Source: Edaphobacter sp. (GTDB taxonomy: Bacteria > Acidobacteriota > Terriglobia > Terriglobales > Acidobacteriaceae). From it: a stretch of 36,851 nucleotides of DNA. Of this stretch, positions 27,835 to 36,851 are shown one piece after another (position 1 is the stretch's first letter; every line of letters begins with the position of its first letter). Under the pieces are notes generated by a model. The model was given only the letters and a program-made list of their open reading frames with translations, did no database searches and was not told the origin of the DNA. Where the stretch lies: positions 1 to 36,851 of the forward strand of contig DATHJA010000017.1 in the NCBI GenBank assembly GCA_035316475.1, read 5' to 3'. A program made the position numbers and the translations under genes.

Positions 27835-28527
27835 ATGGATTCAGGAAACATCATGGATTCGGGAAATCAGACGACACTATCACGCTCGGCGGTGCGAGCT
27901 TCGGGAGGGGAAAAGCAGGAACGTTCCCTCGTGACGCGACAAGAACTGATCGACGCCGCTCGGTGCATCTTTGCTCGCGATGGTTTTGAGGTCGCTCGCC
28001 TGCAGGATATTGCCGCGGCTGCAGGCAAGACCAGAGGTGCGTTCTACGCACATTTTCAGGATAAAGAGGATGTCTTCTTCGCAATCTTCGAACAGGACAT
28101 CGCACGAGACCAACAGACCTACCTGAAGGAACTCAACCAGTCCTCCACTTACGAAGAGCGCGTCGCCATACTCGTTAGAAATGTGGAAGACATTATCTAC
28201 GATAAAGACCGCGCCCTTCTCTATCTTGAGTTCAAGATGTACGCTATTCGCCACCCTCACAAGCGCAAGCGCCTTGCAGAGTTGCACCTTCTGATGTGTA
28301 CTCGTGGTGCCGCGGCAGCTAAGCTGGCACTTCTGCCTGAACTCCAGAGTGATGATCCAGACGAGCAGCGCTCTCGCACGGCGCAGTTTGGCTTGATTAT
28401 CGATGGCATTGCGCTCAACCGCTATTTCGATCCGGTAGGACTTAACAAAGAGCAGACGCGCGAGCGAATCGAGTCCTGTGTTCGCTCAGTCATGGCTCCG
28501 AAGAGTTCTTGGCGCAAGAACAGTTAG
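27835..28527 (+). CDS. TetR/AcrR-family transcriptional regulator (start 27835 or 27853)
   Basis: TRQELIDAA..IFARDGF..ARLQDIAAAAGKTRGAFYAHFQDKEDVF. Confidence 0.95.
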   Translation: MDSGNIMDSGNQTTLSRSAVRASGGEKQERSLVTRQELIDAARCIFARDGFEVARLQDIAAAAGKTRGAFYAHFQDKEDVFFAIFEQDIARDQQTYLKELNQSSTYEERVAILVRNVEDIIYDKDRALLYLEFKMYAIRHPHKRKRLAELHLLMCTRGAAAAKLALLPELQSDDPDEQRSRTAQFGLIIDGIALNRYFDPVGLNKEQTRERIESCVRSVMAPKSSWRKNS

Positions 28528-28685
28528 CTTCCGGTTAGCCCGTGATTCGCTACGGTTCGTCATCCAATCCGGTGGTGGCGCAGGTCGGCTTTTATGAGCA
28601 GATCGCAGATGTTGGCGCATGTCCAAGACGTGACAGTCACGGGTGGGTTCTACGCCGTAGTGGGCGGCCCGGCTACGATAGGAAG

Positions 28686-30914
28686 ATGAGATTTGTGATT
28701 CGAAGCGCGTACTGGTTCGCGGGCATGTACTTGCTGGGCGTCCCCCTCTTGGCGGCTGGCCGAACGGTGAAGATATGTGCTCGCGACGAGAAGGGAAATG
28801 CGGTTCCCGCTATCGTAGTGACCGTCGGCAACCAACGGTTCGAAGGCGGTGGTTCCGGATGCGCGACCGTCACAGTTGCAGGGTCGCAAAGCGTGGTCGA
28901 GATCTCTCATGAAAGTTTCTCGACGGTCCGTCAGTCGGCTGGGAACGGCGATGAATTGGATGTGGTTCTAAAGCTGGCTTCCATTACAAGTACAGTGGAG
29001 GTGACGGCGGCTCGGACGCCATTAGCGCTGGATGCAAGCGCAAGCAGCGTGCGGACGCTGGAAGGAGGCGAACTCAAGGAGATTCCCGGCTTTTCGCTGG
29101 ATGATCGACTACGTCAGGTAGCAGGATTTCAGTTGTTTCGCAGGACAAGTTCGTGGGTAGCCAACCCCACCAGCCAAGGGACTTCACTACGTGGGCTAGG
29201 ATCGACGGCGGCGAGCAGGACCCTCGTCCTTAGCGATCAGATTCCATTAAATGACTCGTTCGGGGGTTGGATTCATTGGAACGAGATCCCGGAGCTGGCG
29301 GTACGCGAGGTGGAGGTGATGCGCGGAGGCGCCTCGGATCTTTACGGATCGAGTGCGATCGGGGGAGTGATCGATGTGCTGCCAGTCGAACCAGGAGAGC
29401 GCTTGCAGTATGGGCTGCACTTGACCGGGGCGCAGGAGAACACCTCCATCGTCAGTGGGCTTTTGGCTGGGACGGTGCAGGGATGGAGTGCTTTAGGTGC
29501 GACCACGCTGTTTCGCACGGGAGGGTACGTCTTGACGGCGCCTGAGGCTCGCGGCCCCGTGGATATCCCGGCAAATGTTCACTCGCAGAGCGGTCGGCTG
29601 GAGTTGCGGCACGGTCTGGGTTCGGACGGTGCGGTTTTTTTGCGAGGAAATCTTTTGAACGAGGCTCGCAACAACGGGACACCGGCGACGACGAATGCCA
29701 CCCGAATATGGAGATATGCTGCGGGAGCGGATTGGAACGACTCCAACGCCGGCCGGTTTCTTTTGCGGCTGCACGGGATGGACCAGGGGTACAGACAAAG
29801 CTTCTCGTCCGTCGCTGCCAATCGCGCGACAGAGAGACTCACACGTTTGCAACAGGTGCCTTCGATGCAACTGGGCGGGGCAGCACAATGGGCTCGGACG
29901 TTTGGTCCGGTGACAGCTGTGGTTGGGGCAGACGTACTCGATACTCGCGGAACAGATGCTGAGACGCCTGTGTCGAATGGGATGCGTCAGCCGACCGTGA
30001 GTACAAGCGCTCGTCAACGGGATAGTGGTGTCTATGGAGAGGCATTGTGGCAGTCCAGGAGCTGGTCCGTAGCGCTGTCGTCACGCGTGGATCATTTTGC
30101 GAGCTTCGACGCAAAGCAGGTGGGTACGGTGCCAACACCTGTGTTGCCGGAGATTGCGGAGACGATCTTCGATCCCAGGCTCGGTCTGGTGAAGCAGTTT
30201 CGTGGAGGGATTTCTCTGACAGGATCGGTATTTCGCGCGTTTCGCGGCCCGTCGTTAAATGAGCTCTACCGCACCAGTCAGGTAGGACAGCAGCTGACAC
30301 TGGCGAATCCCGCATTGCGGTCGGAGAGAGCTACGGGATGGGAGGCTGGGGGGCTGATCCATATGCGCAGACTGGGATCGGTGCGAACGAGCTACTTTTG
30401 GACTCAGGTGAATCGACCGGTTGCGGCAGTGACGATAAGTTCGACACCGACGAGCTCGACGCTAATGCGGCAGAATCTTGGACAGCTGACAAGCAAGGGT
30501 GTGACCGCCGAGACGGAGATGCACCCGTTGAAGTTTTTGGTGGTGAAGGCGGGATATCAGTACGCGGATTCGACCGTGACGAAGTTTCAAGCCGATCCCA
30601 CATTGGTGGGGAAATGGACGGCGCAGGTTCCCAGGAACTCGGGATCTTTGGAGGTTCGAATGGAGCAGGCGAGGTGGGGTGTGTTTGGGGTCTATCTTCG
30701 AACGAGCGGGCAGCAATTTGATGACTCGTCAAACCAATATCGTCTGGCCGGATTCGCTCAAGCGGATCTTTACGCCGAGCATCGCTTCCTGTCGTGGCTG
30801 AGAGTGTGGGGCTCCGTCCAGAATGTGGGGAACGAGAGAGTCGAGGCGGGGAGAACTCCTTTACTCACTCTTGGAGCACCACGGATTGTCTCCGGCGGAA
30901 TAAGGCTACATTAA
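28686..30914 (+). CDS. TonB-dependent outer membrane receptor
   Basis: Signal peptide from ATG 28686, plug motifs SLRGLG..AASRTLVL.D.IP.ND and VEVMRGGASDLYGSSAIGGVI, FRAFRGP.LNELY, beta-barrel pattern. Confidence 0.92.
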   Translation: MRFVIRSAYWFAGMYLLGVPLLAAGRTVKICARDEKGNAVPAIVVTVGNQRFEGGGSGCATVTVAGSQSVVEISHESFSTVRQSAGNGDELDVVLKLASITSTVEVTAARTPLALDASASSVRTLEGGELKEIPGFSLDDRLRQVAGFQLFRRTSSWVANPTSQGTSLRGLGSTAASRTLVLSDQIPLNDSFGGWIHWNEIPELAVREVEVMRGGASDLYGSSAIGGVIDVLPVEPGERLQYGLHLTGAQENTSIVSGLLAGTVQGWSALGATTLFRTGGYVLTAPEARGPVDIPANVHSQSGRLELRHGLGSDGAVFLRGNLLNEARNNGTPATTNATRIWRYAAGADWNDSNAGRFLLRLHGMDQGYRQSFSSVAANRATERLTRLQQVPSMQLGGAAQWARTFGPVTAVVGADVLDTRGTDAETPVSNGMRQPTVSTSARQRDSGVYGEALWQSRSWSVALSSRVDHFASFDAKQVGTVPTPVLPEIAETIFDPRLGLVKQFRGGISLTGSVFRAFRGPSLNELYRTSQVGQQLTLANPALRSERATGWEAGGLIHMRRLGSVRTSYFWTQVNRPVAAVTISSTPTSSTLMRQNLGQLTSKGVTAETEMHPLKFLVVKAGYQYADSTVTKFQADPTLVGKWTAQVPRNSGSLEVRMEQARWGVFGVYLRTSGQQFDDSSNQYRLAGFAQADLYAEHRFLSWLRVWGSVQNVGNERVEAGRTPLLTLGAPRIVSGGIRLH

Positions 30915-31404
30915 ATGCCTAGAGTACGTTGAATGTTCTCTAAGTGGTCCGGTCGTCCGCGTGACACCAGCCTATATAGCACCGTTGCGAATGTGGATCC
31001 CTTGCCGAAGCGCGAACGCCCCGTCTTCCTGTGCCTACTCAGAATTGAGATCCCATGGGCACCCTCTTGCGAGTCCTTTGTATATGCGCTCGATGAGCTG
31101 ACTCGCGAGCGATAGCATGATCCGTCCGTCGCTTGGTGGTTATTGTGAATTAGCCGCACAATTCCGGTTGAAGACGTGCCGCGCGTAGGCGTGTTGCTCA
31201 AACTGATGGCTGTAAATGAAAAGGAGAAATGGTTCATTGGGCTATATGCGTGAATTGAGGCTACCCGGGTGCACTCCATTTTGGAGACTCAACATCGTCG
31301 AGTTCGAAGTAGTCATTTCCACTAAAGATGTGTGATTAGGGCCGCGCACCTTTCGGAAGTGCAAATGCAACGTAACTTCCACCTCATCCTGGAGAGCAGG
31401 ATAT

Positions 31405-31436
31405 ACAAAGGGGCCACCTTACGGTAGCCCCTTTGT
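31405..31436 (-). terminator. Intrinsic terminator after katG, possibly bidirectional
   Basis: ACAAAGGGGC-CACCTTACGGTA-GCCCCTTTGT hairpin with A/T tracts on both sides. Confidence 0.8.
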
Positions 31437-31463
31437 TTGCAGAGTTGAGGTACAACTGACGAA

Positions 31464-33794
<2,331 letters not shown>

Positions 33795-33820
33795 TCAGTT
33801 CGGTTATTGAGTGGATGGTG

Positions 33821-34267
33821 TTAGCTGCGTTTTGCTTCCTGGCACGCGGCACAGATTCCGATGACATCGATAGCGTAGCGTTCCACCTGAAAACCTCCAG
33901 GCAACCTTCGCAGTGTCGGGACGACGTCGAGATCCTTTTCTTCGATGTCGGTGATGGCCTTGCAATGCGAGCACACCATGTGGTGGTGGAGGTGGCTGTT
34001 CAGCTCGACTCGTAGAGAACCGTGGTGCATGCTCACTTCTTTTAGCACGCCTCTCTCGACGAAGAGATGAATGTTTTTGTAAACCGTTGCGAGGGAAATT
34101 GCGGGTATACGCTTCTTCACCCGCGCGTAGACCTCTTCCGGGCTTGGGTGGCCAGGCATCGTCTTCATGACCTCATAGAGAACCTGGCGCTGGTGGGTCG
34201 CGGTGAGCCCGTGATCCGCACAAAGTTCACGGAAGGGACGGGGCTCAACGCTGGAAGAAGTCTGCAT
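33821..34267 (-). CDS. Fur-family peroxide-sensing regulator (PerR/FurA-like)
   Basis: HPSPEEVY, ISLATVYKNI, HHHMVCSHC..ITD, C-terminal CAAC; directly upstream of katG. Confidence 0.92.
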   Translation of the reverse strand: MQTSSSVEPRPFRELCADHGLTATHQRQVLYEVMKTMPGHPSPEEVYARVKKRIPAISLATVYKNIHLFVERGVLKEVSMHHGSLRVELNSHLHHHMVCSHCKAITDIEEKDLDVVPTLRRLPGGFQVERYAIDVIGICAACQEAKRS

Positions 34268-34278
34268 CAAGAGCTAGT

Positions 34279-34304
34279 AAATGATAATTATTCTTGTTCG
34301 TCAA
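34279..34304 (-). promoter_or_regulatory. Fur/Per-box-like site within the fur-katG promoter
   Basis: AATGATAATTATTC on the + strand resembles Fur/Per boxes; TTGACG -35 on the minus strand at 34304-34299. Confidence 0.6.
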
Positions 34305-34440
34305 GCGGGGATTTCTTTACGGAGCAAGGTCCTGGATGGCGCGACGCTAGTGGCCGTTGCAGGAGTGCTGCTGGTGGATCCACACCGAGCGTACGAAACG
34401 AATACCGTGTCATTAGAACGAGATAAGTAAATCGGTGCAC

Positions 34441-36153
34441 TTACGTCGTCAACTCCAGAGAGATTTGTTTGGTGTCCCGATTGATCGTAACGATTTTGAA
34501 ATTTCGCATCTGACCAACGTGAAGTGGTTCAGCCCGCGCGTCCAACGCTTTCGTCTCACCCTTCCATCGGGCGTTCAGCATAGAGCTCAATGCTGAGAGA
34601 TCGCGTTTAGTTTCGCTTTGACTAGATGCCGCCGCCTCGGCTTTCGCTCTTACCGCGCAATTAGCGCGAATGCCTTCGCCAAGTTCCACGATGGCGTTGT
34701 CCCCTGTCTGCTCAATCAGACGGCCCGATACGACATCACCGACTGAATGCTCCTCGATATACTCGTCCAGGTCGGTAGGAATCAGCTGCTTCATGCTCAG
34801 CTTGATCTGACGCTTTTCGATATCGATAGCGATAACCTGGGCCTTGACGATTTGTCCTGCCTTAAGCGCGTCCTGTGGGTGGTTAATGCGTTTTTCAGCA
34901 CTGATCTCGCTGATGTGAACCAGGCCCTCAATACCCTCCGCCAATTGCACAAAGGCTCCAAACTTTGTTAGTCGTGTGACCGGGCCTTCGATAACAGAAC
35001 CTGCGGGAAACTTTTGTGGCACCACAGTCCATGGGTCGCCGAGCGCCTGCTTGAGCCCCAGAGAGAGACGGCGCTCGGCCGGGTTGATCGAGAGGATGAC
35101 GGCCTCAACGGTGTCTTCAAGCTTGAGAAGATCTCCGGGCTTTCGCACCTTGTTGACCCACGACATCTCAGAGATGTGAATCAGGCCCTCAATCCCCGGC
35201 TCGACTTCGATGAACGCACCGAAGTCCGTAAGACGTTTCACGGTGCCGCTAACACGCTGACCCAACTGATACCTGTCTGCAGCAGAGTCCCATGGTTCTG
35301 GTTGCAATTGCTTGAGTCCAAGAGAGATGCGCCTGCTGTCGGCGTCGATCTTCAGAACCTTGACCTGTAGTTGCTGACCGACAGTAAGAACTTCCTCGGG
35401 ATTATTGACGCGACTCCAGGCAATATCGCTCACATGCAGCAAACCATCGACTCCACCAAGATCGACAAAGGCGCCGTAGCTTGTAAGGCTTCGGACCTGA
35501 CCACTGACGATATCTCCTTCGCTCACCTCTGAATATCGCTTCTGTTCAAGCTGGCGCACCTGTTCCTCGAGGAGAACGCGGCGGTCGACGACGACGTCCT
35601 CCTCGGCGGCATCGAGCTTTATGATGCGACAGGTGATCTCCTGGCCAACAAGCTTTTCCAAATCAGCTGCATCGCGGGTTCCACTGCGAGACGCAGGCAT
35701 GAAGGCCCGTACGCCGACGTCGACTGTAAGACCGCCCTTGACGATGCTAGTCACAGTTCCTACGACGGCGGCCTTTTGTGCAAAGGCTTCTTCCAGTGAT
35801 GACCAGTCCGTCGGCTGTGCAATCTTCAAACGCGAGAGGGCATAGTATCCCTCTTCGTTGCGCCCCTTGACCGATACAGGAAACCGGTCTCCAACCGTAA
35901 TCCCGTCGGCATTGTTCTCAAACTCTCCCCGAGAGAGTACGCCCTCAATTTTGAGGCCTATATCCAGGAATACTGAATCTGACGAGATCGAGACCACGAT
36001 GCCTTCTTTCTGTGAGGCCTCCATCTTCGATTGATCGCCATGAGTCTTTTCAAACTGTGAAAGGAGTGAGCCGAACGATTCTGTGGAATCGTCAATGGTC
36101 TCGGGTGTATCGAGAGAATCGGGAGCGGTATCTGGGGTGCCTTCGTTTGTCAT
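34441..36153 (-). CDS. rpsA: 30S ribosomal protein S1 homolog
   Basis: Repeated S1 domains (YGAFVDLGGVDGLLHVSDIAW, FGAFIEVEPGIEGLIHISEMSW, FGAFVQLAEGIEGLVHISE); last domain divergent, so possibly a paralog. Confidence 0.88.
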   Translation of the reverse strand: MTNEGTPDTAPDSLDTPETIDDSTESFGSLLSQFEKTHGDQSKMEASQKEGIVVSISSDSVFLDIGLKIEGVLSRGEFENNADGITVGDRFPVSVKGRNEEGYYALSRLKIAQPTDWSSLEEAFAQKAAVVGTVTSIVKGGLTVDVGVRAFMPASRSGTRDAADLEKLVGQEITCRIIKLDAAEEDVVVDRRVLLEEQVRQLEQKRYSEVSEGDIVSGQVRSLTSYGAFVDLGGVDGLLHVSDIAWSRVNNPEEVLTVGQQLQVKVLKIDADSRRISLGLKQLQPEPWDSAADRYQLGQRVSGTVKRLTDFGAFIEVEPGIEGLIHISEMSWVNKVRKPGDLLKLEDTVEAVILSINPAERRLSLGLKQALGDPWTVVPQKFPAGSVIEGPVTRLTKFGAFVQLAEGIEGLVHISEISAEKRINHPQDALKAGQIVKAQVIAIDIEKRQIKLSMKQLIPTDLDEYIEEHSVGDVVSGRLIEQTGDNAIVELGEGIRANCAVRAKAEAAASSQSETKRDLSALSSMLNARWKGETKALDARAEPLHVGQMRNFKIVTINRDTKQISLELTT

Positions 36154-36356
36154 AACAATTGACTAATATTGTAGCCATGATCGGCGCGGTGGCGGATTTT
36201 GCGAGCATATGTAATGTCGCTGCCCTAACACCACCATAAACGGCGCAATGCCAACTGAGCAGGTTTCTGAGAAGCCTGATAAGCCTGTGTGGCTAATAGA
36301 GTTGGCCTAAGTAGGTGTATTGACGGCTCCGGAAACGCTGTGTTCCGATCAATTTA

Positions 36357-36851
36357 GTGAGTCGAAAGCCAGCACTTCCAGTGGACGCGATTCTGCCGGA
36401 GGTTCTCGCAATCCTGCAGCATACGCCCAACCTCGTCATCGAAGCGCCGCCAGGAACCGGGAAGACCACCCGTGTTCCGCCGGCCGTTCTCGGTCTTGTC
36501 AGCGGCGAAGTCATCGTGCTCGAGCCGCGCAGAATCGCTGCTCGCCTGGCGGCACGAAGGGTCGCATGGGAAATGGGCGAAGGGGTTGGCGGAACGGTTG
36601 GCTACCAGGTCCGCTTCGAAGAAAGGATCGGGCCGCGCACGCGACTACGGTTTGTTACGGAGGGCATTCTGACCCGCCGTTTGCTGACAGATCCAACCCT
36701 CAAAGGCATCGACGCGATCGTCCTTGACGAATTCCACGAGCGCCACCTTGACAGCGATCTTGCGCTGGCACTTCTGAAGCGTCTCCAACGCACCCGGCCG
36801 GAGATACGCATCGTTGTAATGTCGGCCACGCTCAATGCGGCGCCGATAGCG
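36357..36851 (+). CDS. hrpB: ATP-dependent RNA helicase HrpB (runs off the window end)
   Basis: Manual translation from GTG 36357: [52 protein letters not shown]. Confidence 0.93.
   Translation, partial: MSRKPALPVDAILPEVLAILQHTPNLVIEAPPGTGKTTRVPPAVLGLVSGEVIVLEPRRIAARLAARRVAWEMGEGVGGTVGYQVRFEERIGPRTRLRFVTEGILTRRLLTDPTLKGIDAIVLDEFHERHLDSDLALALLKRLQRTRPEIRIVVMSATLNAAPIA

Noticed and set aside
30911-31279. 122-aa minus-strand ORF between the TonB receptor and katG
   Set aside because: No recognisable motif, no SD and atypical composition; cannot be supported as a gene

Overview
High-GC bacterial chromosomal window; gene content and repeat style suggest an Acidobacteriaceae-like organism (inference). 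The left half (1-18.7 kb) is mostly housekeeping: xseA (partial), DUF2905, two single-domain receivers, a K+-channel-like protein, a TPR protein, a GGDEF protein, polA, queA, a DUF374 acyltransferase, an ABC exporter pair, a SnoaL-like protein, recG, phzF-like, a 1-Cys peroxiredoxin and tRNA-Cys. A decayed ~2.9 kb AT-richer island sits in the tRNA-Cys 3' end and carries an integrase stub, a small Cys/His protein, an internally deleted IS1-like transposase, an intact class II Fic gene and a small beta-rich ORF. The right half holds a TetR-regulated RND efflux operon, a TonB-dependent receptor, fur/perR-katG, a ribosomal protein S1 homolog and the start of hrpB. The top finding is an unannotated 22-codon Cys-rich leader ORF (MTMTPNTAPMLCCCRSVARVCR) with mutually exclusive antiterminator/terminator hairpins upstream of the peroxiredoxin and tRNA-Cys, which looks like a cysteine-sensing ribosomal attenuator. 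The second is an 83-bp palindrome that forms mirror-image, apparently leaderless promoters for the Fic gene and the transposase remnant. All calls come from manual reading; no searches were run.
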